64,000 bases of DNA from an uncultured Pseudobdellovibrionaceae bacterium (GTDB lineage Bacteria; Bdellovibrionota; Bdellovibrionia; Bdellovibrionales; UBA1609): NCBI GenBank assembly GCA_963803705.1, contig CAWDNU010000003.1, forward strand, positions 64,001-128,000, given 5' to 3'. The notes beneath the pieces are model-generated. The model saw only the letters and a program-made list of their open reading frames with translations, did not search any database and was not told where the DNA came from. The translations under genes and the position numbers were made by a program. This document shows, one piece after another, positions 10,130-19,589 of the stretch (position 1 is the stretch's first letter; every line of letters begins with the position of its first letter).

Positions 10130-10462
10130 CTATGAAAGAATTAGCTTTCGGAAAACCTCTGGAGTAGTTTTTTTAGCTATTTCTAGCATTCTCAATGATG
10201 AGGGTAAAATTTTTGGCTTTCCTGCCTGCTCCCAAGCCTTAAATGTTTTGTCATTTACACCCAAGAACAAAGCAAAAACAGGCTGAGATAAGTTGTGCTT
10301 TTCTCTAATCTTTTTAATCTCTTTTGAGGTCATAGGCTTGGGCATCTCTGGCAACTCCAAGTAGGAGGTCTTAAGCGTTATCTTGCCATCGTGGTGGTCG
10401 TTAGCAGACTTTAATGCACCCAATAGCTCATCTTCAAAGCTAAATTCTTTAGTTTTTTTCAT
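10130..10462 (-). CDS. HigA2-like HTH antitoxin
   Basis: EIKKIREKHNLSQPVFALFLGVNDKTFKAWEQ. Confidence 0.88.
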   Translation of the reverse strand: MKKTKEFSFEDELLGALKSANDHHDGKITLKTSYLELPEMPKPMTSKEIKKIREKHNLSQPVFALFLGVNDKTFKAWEQAGKPKILPSSLRMLEIAKKTTPEVFRKLILS

Positions 10463-10790
10463 TTTTTCCTCGCTTTAAGTTTCTGCACCTCAAGTTTCAT
10501 TAATCCCTTTGCTTTATCACTTATATTTTCACTGACTCTTTTATCAATTATCAAAAGCAGGTGGGTAATTTCAATTTTCGTAAATCTAAATAATACACTC
10601 TATATCCGCCACTTTTACCAGAATCATTTTTTGATACCCTGAATTTTCTTACCCCGCCAGTTCCCTCAACAGTGAGTCCAGTCTCCATATTATCTAATAA
10701 TATCTTTTGGATCTTTTGAAGGAGGCCAGAATCACCAATCTTTTTTAAGCTACTTGTAAAACTGTCGGATTCAACAAAGGTGCGTATCAT
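10459..10790 (-). pseudogene. HigB2/RelE-like toxin, frameshifted
   Basis: GTGGVRKFR...GKSGGYRVYY; adding one base near 10577 continues EITHLLLIIDKRVSENISDK...KK* to an ATGA overlap with the antitoxin. Confidence 0.8.
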
Positions 10791-10810
10791 TTCTTAAATA
10801 TACCTACAGT

Positions 10811-10834
10811 AAGTATACTTGTCAATAGTATACT
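10811..10834 (-). promoter_or_regulatory. Operator palindromes flanking the -35 of the higBA2-like operon
   Basis: AAGTATACTT and AGTATACT on either side of a minus-strand TTGACA (10820-10825). Confidence 0.6.
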
Positions 10835-11368
10835 TGCGCTATCTCGTTTTGAGACAAATTAAAATCTGTACTGCGCTTGAATTGATACGCTTCCATTATC
10901 TATATTATAGCTAGGTCTGTAATATACAGAACTGAACAAAGTCGTTATATTTTTTTATAATACTTTTGGTCTTAAAGTAGGTGTAAGGATGTGTAAACAT
11001 CAACGGTTAGAAAATAAAAGGGAGCCGACCATTTCTCTAGCTCGACGTTATCTAGCGTTTAAAAAACCGGTTTAGTATATCAGTCAATATTAGATTTTAA
11101 CGTTTTTCATGTATTTACAGGCACTTGTTGGGCATGGCCTCATTTAATTTTCCGAGGTATTTCCATGGTATTTCTTGGAATTTTCCAGGATTTTTCAATG
11201 AGCCTTTTGATGGAGAAATATTTGGATTACTGCATAACTATTACGGGCAAATTGGCTACAGGTCCTTAATATTTTGAAGTAAAATAGTCGAAAAAATTTG
11301 CTTCTTGTTAGTCTACACCTTGCTTTTGACATCAGAACGTAGACACCTTAGTAGGTTGAGAGGTTAAA

Positions 11369-11602
11369 ATGAGAGATAATATTACAGGAGTTTTACGACT
11401 TAATGAAAATAACAGGTGGTGTATTATCGACCCGAATACAAGAGTCGACCTGGTTGAGATAACTTCAGGTGATGTCCTAGAATTTTTTGAAAATAGCAAA
11501 TGGGTTTCCACAAGAATTGAATTTGATGGGGTAAAGAATAAATATTATTCTGTAGCGGGTATTAACCTTTACAAAGATCAGCCAGCGAAAGTTAGTGCAT
11601 AA
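11369..11602 (+). CDS. DUF5348-like small protein (copy 2)
   Basis: Same length (77 aa) as, and clearly homologous to, 1193-1426. Confidence 0.6.
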   Translation: MRDNITGVLRLNENNRWCIIDPNTRVDLVEITSGDVLEFFENSKWVSTRIEFDGVKNKYYSVAGINLYKDQPAKVSA

Positions 11603-11955
11603 TTACAAATAACATTAGCCACATCCAGATTCTTAAGCAGTTAATATTGGGTTTTCCATTTTTTAACTAGAGGGTGCCTAAGATGGAAAAGTCAGAATAG
11701 GATATTGCAGTGAGAGTAAATAGAAATTGTAACCAGACAGTTCTGATTCGACTCTGTTCAATGCTGGGACTCATTTCGCTTAGTTTTGGTCGGAATTCAA
11801 ACATTTTAGTGAGATTTTGATGAGTCTATTTGGGCGCCAAGCTTGTAAAAATGACAATTTTGGTTCTGATTTAAAAGTTGAAATACAAATGTTTTGATCA
11901 GGGCTGGTATATAGCTTAAGTAATAGGTCTGAAATTTAAATTTAGGAGAATTATA

Positions 11956-12366
11956 ATGAAGAAGTATATATTTTTGAGCGTAGTTATATTTTTCTCATGT
12001 AACTCGTTTGCTAAAATTAATACTAAGGGTTGCGACATTTCATTAGAGAAAGCTTATGAATCTATTAATGGGTTAGAAATAATTAAATACGATAGAGTTG
12101 TACAGTTCATATCAGCTGTAAGTGAGCTTTCAGGTCAAATAACTAATGCGGATTTAGGTGATACTGTGTATCTAAGTGGTGTAAAAGAATTCGGAATTAT
12201 CATAGATGATAGGGTGAAAGGGTTAGTTGCTCAGCTGGATAGTCTCAAAAATTCACTTAATGAAGCTGAAGCAGCCTTCCACGACGAGGGGTGCTCATTT
12301 GGAAGCTATGAGAATTTTAAACTATATTTTGATGCTAGAAATTCCGTGTTTCTCTTATTGGATTAG
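11956..12366 (+). CDS. Secreted hypothetical protein
   Basis: AGGAG RBS, MKKYIFL..NSFA signal peptide. Confidence 0.7.
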   Translation: MKKYIFLSVVIFFSCNSFAKINTKGCDISLEKAYESINGLEIIKYDRVVQFISAVSELSGQITNADLGDTVYLSGVKEFGIIIDDRVKGLVAQLDSLKNSLNEAEAAFHDEGCSFGSYENFKLYFDARNSVFLLLD

Positions 12367-12789
12367 AACTTTCAAAATCTTTTGGCCCCGATTGTGGACC
12401 GATTGATTACTTTCAATTTTAATATTAATAACAATTAAATAATTAGGCTGATCATACCCATATTTTGCAGTTTGCAAATCATAAATGAACTTATCATCAA
12501 TACAAATATTACTAATCTCAAATTCTTTAACCACTTTCTGAATTTGCTTTTGATTAAATAGACAATCAATAGTTACTTTATTCATATTATCTACATCAGA
12601 AGATCTATGGTATACATAGCCCGCCTTAGTGTAAATTTCACTTTCCGGCATAAAAACGGATACACTTACCTTTAGACATTCAGTCATCGAATCAAAAGAC
12701 TCGGTAAATTGCCTCATCTCTTTTTCATAAGCTTTAAGCTGCCTTAGAAACTCATTTATATAGTCTCTAGCTCTTTTATTGTAGATCAT
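12355..12789 (-). pseudogene. RusA-like Holliday junction resolvase, probably 5'-truncated
   Basis: DVDNMNKVTIDCL...IDDKFIYDL...K motif; in-frame VNYAYYKSK upstream of the ATG is cut off by a stop with no start codon. Confidence 0.6.
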
Positions 12790-12998
12790 TTTGGATTTGT
12801 AATAAGCATAATTTACTCTTTTTTAGAATTACAATCCTATTCTCCTGCAACCTTAAGTATATAAATATTCAGTTTCTTTGATTTTATCGCTTTCACCCAC
12901 TCTGTTCTTACTAAGAACAGCATAAATTATTTCGACAGGCTGGTATTATTTACTTTGAGTCCGATTTGCACTACTAAACAGATCTTCCAAACTGTAAT

Positions 12999-15464
12999 TT
13001 GATCGGTATGTTTAGCTCTAAATTTCCAAAATTACTAAGATTTATAAAAATCATTTTGAGCGGTACAACAATTTTATTTGGAACATTTCTACAAGCTAAT
13101 ACTTGCGTTAAATATTTAAATTCATCTGATAATAAGGGTGCAGAACTACTCCGCCGTAAAAACTCTCAACTCCATACAACTGGCTACATTTCTAGAGCAG
13201 CTATCAGACTGGCTAGATCCAGATCTGCACTTCATTCACCTCCTGTACAAAAAATTTCAGCATTTATCCATTCCTTAGGCTTTAATCATATCAGGGCTAG
13301 AAATGATAAAACCTATTTAGAGTGGTTTAAAGGTAAGCTATATAATAAATATGTTATTAAATCTGAGGATGTCCCAGAAAGTTTTTTTAACCTTCAGGTA
13401 CAAATCGCTGCAAATGAAGGTCATGGCCACATTGTTCTGTCAGAAGATGATAAGAAAAGATTAGCTGAAGTCATAATCAAAGATCAAAAAAGTAGTTTAG
13501 ACGTTTGGATTGATTACTTTATATCACCTGACTCAGACTCCTATCCCATGTGGTTTAAGTTTTGGGCATTTCAAGGCTTAGTTAAACTTGGAAAGTATGA
13601 TGATGAAAGAGGTGTTTTTTTTAAAAGAAATAAGGGAACTACTAATATGTTTCCAGATCTTAATAGTGAAATCTTAACCTTAATTGCAGATAGCGTGATT
13701 CAAAAACTAAATGGCAAATCATTAGATGACCTAGAAGATCACGACTTTAGAAGGCTCGTTGAGAAAGAAAATTTCGTTGATTTATACACTTATGAATATA
13801 CTAGAGTTAAAAATATTGTTCTAGATTTATCTTCAACAGAAGGGATTTGGAAAAGATTCGATAAAGGATCTGACCCCAAGCTTTTAACTGAAGCTTTAAA
13901 AAACAAAGCTACCGGCTGGTGCACTGCTGGGATAGGCTTTGCTGAAAAGCAAATCGCTGCAGGTGATTTTCACATCTTTTTTACTAAGGATGATGAGGGT
14001 AATTTCAAACAACCCAGAATAGCTATTAGGATGGAAGACAGCAAAATTAAGCAAATCAGAGGAATAGCTAAGGATCAAAACTTAGATGACAGAATCGCAA
14101 GCTCTAATGCTTTAGATGAAAAATTGAAAGAATTTGGAAAAGAAAGCGAAGAATATAAGATTAAAACTCTTCATATGAAAAAGCTTACCGTAATCAAAGA
14201 TAAGCATGATCAAGGGTTTATATTAGCTAATGAAGATTTAAGGTTTTTATATGAGATTGATGAAAAAATTCAAGGGTTTGGATATGGTAGCGATCCAAGG
14301 ATAAATGAAATCTTAAAAGATAGAAATACCAAAATCGATTTGTCTATATTTTTTGCCTGTAGACCTGATCAGATATCCTTAACTGATGAAGAAGCATTAA
14401 GTGGCGACATTATCTACCACCACGGAAGCCTTTTTTTATCTGACTTAACTTCATCCGATGGACTTACATTGCCAAAAAGCATAAAATTTGATCTCTATCT
14501 GGAAGGGCTAGGTTCAGCTGATGGACTTATTTTACCTGAGGGAATTGGTGGTGAGCTTAGTTTGAGTAATCTAACTTCAGCTGATGGACTTATTTTGCCA
14601 AATATTATTGGTGGTGGCCTTCATCTAAACAGCCTAACGTCAGCTGTTAGGCTTATTTTTCCAAAAAGTATTGGTGGTCATCTTAGTTTAGGAAGTTTAA
14701 CATCAGCAAATGGGATTATTCTACCAGAATCTGTTAGAGGTGATCTTAGTTTAACAAATTTAACTTCAACCAGTGGTTTAACTTTACCAAATAGTGTTGG
14801 TGGAAATCTTTATCTAGGAAATCTAACTTCAGCTATTGAGCTTATCTTACCAAAAAGTGTTGGTGGAACTCTTTATTTACAAAGACTTACTTCAGCGGAA
14901 GGGATTACTTTACCCCATAGTGTAGGTGGTAGTCTTTATCTAGGAAGTCTAATTTCAGCTATTGAGCTTATCTTACCAAAAAGTGTTGGTGGTGATTTAT
15001 ATTTGAATGGCCTGGTTTCAGCGGAAGGACTTACTTTACCTCGTAGCGTAGGCGGAAATCTTAATTTATATAGCTTAACTTCTGCGGAAGGGCTTAGTTT
15101 ACCAGATAGTGTTGCTGGATCTGTTGATTTATATAGCCTAACTTCAGCGAAAGGACTAATTTTACCTAAAAATATAGAGGGCGACCTATATTTAACAAAT
15201 TTAACTTCAACCAATGGTTTAACTTTACCAAATAGTATTGGTGGAAGTCTTAATTTACATAGCCTAACTTTAGCGACAGGTCTTAGATTGCCAGATAAGG
15301 TTGGCGGTGGTCTTGATTTAGGAAGTCTAATTTCAGCGACAGATCTCAACTTACCAGAAAGCATTGGTGGTTTAGATTCTTACCAATATTTAGTTTCCAC
15401 AAAATTGTTTGAAATTCCAAAAAATATTCGAAAAGAGTTGGTTAAAAAATATCTTGATAGATAG
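12999..15464 (+). CDS. Large secreted/anchored protein: helical N-domain, WCTAG (PcfJ-like) domain and 15 x 21-aa leucine-rich repeats
   Basis: Hydrophobic N-terminus; TGWCTAG...RIAIRME...QIRG; GxLxLxxLTSAxGLxLPxSVG repeats. Confidence 0.75.
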   Translation: MIGMFSSKFPKLLRFIKIILSGTTILFGTFLQANTCVKYLNSSDNKGAELLRRKNSQLHTTGYISRAAIRLARSRSALHSPPVQKISAFIHSLGFNHIRARNDKTYLEWFKGKLYNKYVIKSEDVPESFFNLQVQIAANEGHGHIVLSEDDKKRLAEVIIKDQKSSLDVWIDYFISPDSDSYPMWFKFWAFQGLVKLGKYDDERGVFFKRNKGTTNMFPDLNSEILTLIADSVIQKLNGKSLDDLEDHDFRRLVEKENFVDLYTYEYTRVKNIVLDLSSTEGIWKRFDKGSDPKLLTEALKNKATGWCTAGIGFAEKQIAAGDFHIFFTKDDEGNFKQPRIAIRMEDSKIKQIRGIAKDQNLDDRIASSNALDEKLKEFGKESEEYKIKTLHMKKLTVIKDKHDQGFILANEDLRFLYEIDEKIQGFGYGSDPRINEILKDRNTKIDLSIFFACRPDQISLTDEEALSGDIIYHHGSLFLSDLTSSDGLTLPKSIKFDLYLEGLGSADGLILPEGIGGELSLSNLTSADGLILPNIIGGGLHLNSLTSAVRLIFPKSIGGHLSLGSLTSANGIILPESVRGDLSLTNLTSTSGLTLPNSVGGNLYLGNLTSAIELILPKSVGGTLYLQRLTSAEGITLPHSVGGSLYLGSLISAIELILPKSVGGDLYLNGLVSAEGLTLPRSVGGNLNLYSLTSAEGLSLPDSVAGSVDLYSLTSAKGLILPKNIEGDLYLTNLTSTNGLTLPNSIGGSLNLHSLTLATGLRLPDKVGGGLDLGSLISATDLNLPESIGGLDSYQYLVSTKLFEIPKNIRKELVKKYLDR
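14424..15368 (+). repeat. Intragenic tandem array of 15 x 63-bp units
   Basis: Counted from the translation; near-identical DNA units offset by 126 bp (units 7/9) and 441 bp (units 6/13). Confidence 0.9.
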
Positions 15465-15574
15465 CGAATTCCCCCGAATTTTCTCTCGGCTGATCTTCGA
15501 CTTTATGTGGGAGCAAACCACCTCTATGATCGGTTATTCTTATTTTTCAAATGTTAGAAAATAGCTGCTTCTTA

Positions 15575-15602
15575 ACTTAACATAACTATATTTATGTTAC
15601 CT
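15575..15602 (-). other. dif-like XerC/XerD recombination site (best match in the window)
   Basis: Minus strand AGGTAACATAA-ATATAG-TTATGTTAAGT: 11-6-11 layout, CATAA/TTATG inner arms, intergenic. Confidence 0.7.
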
Positions 15603-15695
15603 AAATCGCAATTTTTTTAAATAAAATTAGTCTTTTCTAAACTATAGATTGTGGGAGATATTCAATTATAGACCTCGTGGATTAATTCTCGAAAA

Positions 15696-15986
15696 ATGAA
15701 AAATTTCACATTAAAAACAGTTTTTCTGTCTCCATTGATTGTCATGACAAGCGCCCTAGCTTTGAACCTTTACGCTCAGTCTTCAGATAATGACGAGCTG
15801 GCGAAACGGTCAGATCCTTTCATGTTTTTCTACCCGTTGCTGTTTACCCTTCCCTACGCTTACTTTAAGACCAAAAGCATGGTGAAAAGACATAATAGTC
15901 TTGTTGAGTCTAAATCCGTTTACTTTGCACCTAGCTATAATATAGAAAATGAAAGCGTATCAATTCAAGCACAGTACAAATTTTAA
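15696..15986 (+). CDS. Small membrane/secreted hypothetical protein
   Basis: Signal-like N-terminus, second hydrophobic stretch, C-terminal YKF. Confidence 0.6.
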   Translation: MKNFTLKTVFLSPLIVMTSALALNLYAQSSDNDELAKRSDPFMFFYPLLFTLPYAYFKTKSMVKRHNSLVESKSVYFAPSYNIENESVSIQAQYKF

Positions 15987-16037
15987 TTTGTCTCCTACTG
16001 GACTTTTGTGCCATTTAAATACAATAAAACAAAAACC

Positions 16038-16070
16038 TTGCAATATGGCAAATTTTGCCATATGTTAAAT
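16038..16070 (+). promoter_or_regulatory. Promoter and perfect palindromic operator of the 16073-16706 TA operon
   Basis: TTGCAA -35 followed by ATATGGCAAA-T-TTTGCCATAT (16043-16063); toxin ATG only 10 bp further on. Confidence 0.7.
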
Positions 16071-16072
16071 AT

Positions 16073-16351
16073 ATGAGTTGGACAGTAGATTTTAGCAAAA
16101 AAGCAGGTAAACAGCTCAAAGAGTTAAACGAGAATATTATTCTAGTAGTAATTGCTTTGGTGGAAGAGCTAAAGATTTCGGGACCGGTTAGGGGTAATTG
16201 GAAAAACTACAGCAAGTTTTCTGATACCAAACACCACTGCCACTTAAAAAAAGGTCGCCCAACATACGTTGCTTGTTGGGAAGTGATTGATAAGAAAAAC
16301 AAGTCAATGGAGGTATATTATGTCGGTACACATGAAAAAGCGCCTTACTGA
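16073..16351 (+). CDS. RelE-like toxin ('cytotoxic translational repressor' type)
   Basis: WTVDFSKKAGKQL...NYSK...HHCHLKKGRPTYVACW...YVGTHEKAPY. Confidence 0.88.
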   Translation: MSWTVDFSKKAGKQLKELNENIILVVIALVEELKISGPVRGNWKNYSKFSDTKHHCHLKKGRPTYVACWEVIDKKNKSMEVYYVGTHEKAPY

Positions 16352-16706
16352 AGAAAGTAGTAAGAAAATTGCATTTAACTACAACGACAAGACAGTTATG
16401 GTGCCAGAGAAAAAAGCCGGGTTTATTATTAAGGAATTAGAGAAATACATGGTTGATTCGCCTAAAAAGGATTCCATTTCTTCAGATGATTTGTTTGCTG
16501 ATATCTATAAAAAATATTCTAAAGCTGGAGCGATATTAAAAGGCGCAAGGCTCAAAGAAAACCTGACTCAAGCTGAGTTAGCAAAAAAGCTAGAGATTGA
16601 GCAGCCGGATTTGTCTAAAATGGAAAGTGGCAAAAGACCTATTGGCAAGAAGCTAGCTAAAAGGTTCTCTGCGGTCCTTAATATTAATTATAGAGCTTTC
16701 CTATAG
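16320..16706 (+). CDS. XRE-family HTH antitoxin
   Basis: LKGARLKENLTQAELAKKLEIEQPDLSKMESGKRPIG; GGAGG RBS before ATG 16320. Confidence 0.88.
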   Translation: MSVHMKKRLTEESSKKIAFNYNDKTVMVPEKKAGFIIKELEKYMVDSPKKDSISSDDLFADIYKKYSKAGAILKGARLKENLTQAELAKKLEIEQPDLSKMESGKRPIGKKLAKRFSAVLNINYRAFL

Positions 16707-17095
16707 GCATCTTCGCTCTATAAATTAAAATGTATGTATTTCCAACCTTAAATCATACGCTTGGCATAGATATTTTGATTACTGATTAGTTATCAAAAAA
16801 TTATAACGTAGCAGAAAACCAGACATTTATATTAAATGAGTTTCAAGCCTAATTCCCTGAATATAAAATAGCGAACGGACGGCTTGGCAAGTTTGCCAAG
16901 CGGTATCACGTTACACTATAAATTTTTTGAATAATTAATCAACTTTTAACCTATAAACCTCTAAGCACAAATCACTAGTGATTTGCTCGGAATTCTATCG
17001 CTCTAGAGTAGTTTCGCAGTGACACTTTGCGCCCCCACTTAGACAGTTTTAATGTGCTCTAGTATCAACAATTTCGTTCTTAGCATTTGGTTTTA

Positions 17096-17111
17096 AGGCA
17101 TGAGATTTGCT
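17096..17111 (+). promoter_or_regulatory. Sigma54 -24/-12 promoter element
   Basis: AGGCATGAGATTTGCT (GG-N10-GC) upstream of the RBS and ATG at 17137. Confidence 0.6.
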
Positions 17112-17136
17112 TAAATATTTAAAAGGAGAAGAATTT

Positions 17137-17472
17137 ATGAAAAAAATTATGTTGAGTTTTATTCTATCATTAATATTTGTATCACCAGGCTTTGCTGCTG
17201 ATCTCAATCTAAATGGTGAGGAGATCAAGAATACCTACTCTCTAAATCTAGGGCTAGATATAGAAGCAAAGCAATGTCTGATCGAAAAAGGCATTAGCTG
17301 GATTCCCGGTATACTTACAGTAAGTCCTACTAATCTGTTCATGCATGAAGAAGGTGACTTTGATAAGCTGATTGAGGGTCTCTCAATATGCTATGAAATT
17401 GATCTAACCGGTGCAGCACCACAAGATAGAGGTATGAATTTCAAGATTTATAATTTTATATATAAAAAGTAA
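17137..17472 (+). CDS. Secreted hypothetical protein
   Basis: AAGGAG RBS; MKKIMLS..GFA signal peptide. Confidence 0.7.
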   Translation: MKKIMLSFILSLIFVSPGFAADLNLNGEEIKNTYSLNLGLDIEAKQCLIEKGISWIPGILTVSPTNLFMHEEGDFDKLIEGLSICYEIDLTGAAPQDRGMNFKIYNFIYKK

Positions 17473-17491
17473 ATAATAAGTGTCACAAACA

Positions 17492-17582
17492 CTGTTGATT
17501 AATAAAAGGTTTTTTAGATCTAATGAGCTTTTCTGCGAAGAATGGCTTTCTTTTATTTGGTCATAAAGTCTACGACTTAAAA
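17492..17582 (+). repeat. ~90-bp dispersed non-coding repeat, copy B
   Basis: CTGTTGATTAATAAAA...AATGAGCTTTTCT-GCGA-AGAATGGCTT...AAGTCT. Confidence 0.85.
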
Positions 17583-17603
17583 CGATGTAACCTATGATTC
17601 GGC

Positions 17604-17631
17604 GACTTTCATAATGGTACTTATATTAGAT
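17604..17631 (+). other. dif-like XerC/XerD recombination site
   Basis: GACTTTCATAA-TGGTAC-TTATATTAGAT; XerD arm has two mismatches to TTATGTTAAAT. Confidence 0.5.
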
Positions 17632-17938
17632 TGGGGAATGGCTGTTTTCGAGCATTTTGAAATATAATAAAAACCGAATAAGAAGGTGATTTCCTTTTTA
17701 ATATTTAAATTGAAGGTTCAGCCGAGAGCTAAGTGGTAGCAAAAATTGCTACTTGGTAGGATATTTTTATATTAACTCTTCTCGAGGTTGTCTGGGAGTT
17801 TACTATCCTAAATTTAAATGATCTAAGTAACATTTGTACACTCAGAAAATAATTACATTCATAGAAAAATAACAAGAACTCTTTAGCCAAATTCAACACT
17901 TGTATGATAGTGTAACTTTATTATCTCGGAGGTAAGCA

Positions 17939-18073
17939 GTGAAATGTAAAGCTAAAAGACAAGATAATTTTTTTCCATGTACTACTATATTTTGCCAAGT
18001 TATAGGTGGCGGAGGCTTTGAAGATAATAATGAGGATGATAAAAAAAAGCCAAAACTAAAGATAGTAAAATAA
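17939..18073 (+). CDS. 44-aa small protein with acidic linker and KPKLKIVK tail (not in the ORF track)
   Basis: GGAGG RBS, GTG start; MKCKAKRQDNFFPCTTIFCQVIGGGGFEDNNEDDKKKPKLKIVK. Confidence 0.5.
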   Translation: MKCKAKRQDNFFPCTTIFCQVIGGGGFEDNNEDDKKKPKLKIVK

Positions 18074-18257
18074 ATAAGTTGATTATTAATCCGAAATCAT
18101 CATCTTTTAGTAAAATTTAATTTTTATAAAATAAATCAACAGTGTCTCTATTGTGTGAAATATAGACCACAGGGTTAACCATACTCCTCGGTGAATGGTA
18201 CTATGATACTTTTAAGACTCTAGTTAATAATTATTTTTGCTAATTGCTTTCTTTAAT

Positions 18258-18770
18258 TTAGGAAAACCAAGTAACCCAAGCATTAAACTTTATTAACAAA
18301 TAATTGTACAACAGGCACAGAAGGACACAAACCATCAAAAAATATATAATTCTGATGTTCCTATCTACAAACCCATTAATGCCTAGAATAAATTTACTCA
18401 TTTTAAGATCTCTTCTATTCTTAATTACATAACCAGTTAAGCTAAAAATAACTAAGGCATGAAGATAATTTCCTACAGTTAATGCGCCTGAGAAAAGTGT
18501 AGCTAAAGAGAAGACTAAAAGAAAAAACATTCGCTTTTTTTGAGCAATATATATAAAAGTTAATATCAAAAGTGGTGCTGAAAAAACCATCCAAATATAT
18601 TTAAAAGACTCATTGATGTTTTTTGGCTGAGTGTGACCAAAAAATTTATAAATTTTGAAATTAATTTCTTCATGTAATTCTAAAAAACTCAATCCAAGGC
18701 TACCTAAAACAATATATATAGAACTAACAAGAATAATTAAAAAAACACTGTGACAACAACTCGAAGACAA
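18258..18770 (-). CDS. Hypothetical integral membrane protein
   Basis: Several hydrophobic segments; start uncertain. Confidence 0.55.
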   Translation of the reverse strand: MSSSCCHSVFLIILVSSIYIVLGSLGLSFLELHEEINFKIYKFFGHTQPKNINESFKYIWMVFSAPLLILTFIYIAQKKRMFFLLVFSLATLFSGALTVGNYLHALVIFSLTGYVIKNRRDLKMSKFILGINGFVDRNIRIIYFLMVCVLLCLLYNYLLIKFNAWVTWFS

Positions 18771-18894
18771 AACATTAATGGCTTGGTTTGAAAGAAAGAA
18801 CGTGGGCTGAAACTAAAAAAAATTCAATTTGTAAGTATTAAACCTAAAAGTTTGTTAAACCGTTGATCAACTTAGATGAAACAAAACTCCTAAT

Positions 18895-19155
18895 TTATTT
18901 ACAAAGAAATAAATAGCAATTCAAACTTACATAGAGAGTATAATTTGATGAAAACGCTATAACGTCTTTAAATTCACTTTTCATTTTGAAATAAGGTATA
19001 CCCATAGGTACACCAAGTGCTTTAGCCTCAAGAGAGCGGGATACTACGCATCCATCATTATTTGATAATACGACTACGGGCTTATACCGAAGCTTTGGGT
19101 TAAATAACCTCTCGCATGAAACATAAAATGAATTGCAATCAACAAGAGCTATCAT
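18895..19155 (-). pseudogene. umuC: UmuC (Y-family polymerase) N-terminal fragment
   Basis: [19 protein letters not shown]...[16 protein letters not shown]; homology stops after SSNYTLY (about 75 aa). Confidence 0.9.
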
Positions 19156-19589
19156 AGGGTTTCAGTAACGATAGACCTTACTATTCCCCAGATTTCAAAG
19201 TCCTGTTCATCAGGCCTAATAATGATGTCTTCGTATTTAATGCTTTCAGCTTTTAAAACTATATGGGTTCCAGTATTAAAGTACCTTTTAACTAAAAACT
19301 CATCATCGATTCTAACAACACAAATATGACCATTTCTTATATTAAGCGACCTATCTACAATCAGAATCGAGTTTTCAAAGATGCCCGCACCTATCATTGA
19401 ATCCCCCTTTGCTCTCACTAAAAAGGTGCTAGAGGGTTTTTTTATTAATAGATCATTTAGATCAATCGCAGAGTCTAAATAGTCATCAGCAGGAGACGGG
19501 AACCCACACGATACTTGAGATGCCACCACTTTTAAAAGAACAGAGGGCCCTACTTTCAAATTTGAGAACATAATTGATAAAATGCTCAT
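19152..19589 (-). CDS. umuD: UmuD (DNA polymerase V subunit, S24 peptidase)
   Basis: [10 protein letters not shown] cleavage region, GDSM (Ser) and VKR (Lys) catalytic motifs; overlaps umuC start. Confidence 0.93.
   Translation of the reverse strand: MSILSIMFSNLKVGPSVLLKVVASQVSCGFPSPADDYLDSAIDLNDLLIKKPSSTFLVRAKGDSMIGAGIFENSILIVDRSLNIRNGHICVVRIDDEFLVKRYFNTGTHIVLKAESIKYEDIIIRPDEQDFEIWGIVRSIVTETL

Noticed and set aside
14424..15368. CRISPR array or DGR target
   Set aside because: Repeats are in-frame coding units without spacers; no cas or reverse transcriptase gene in the window
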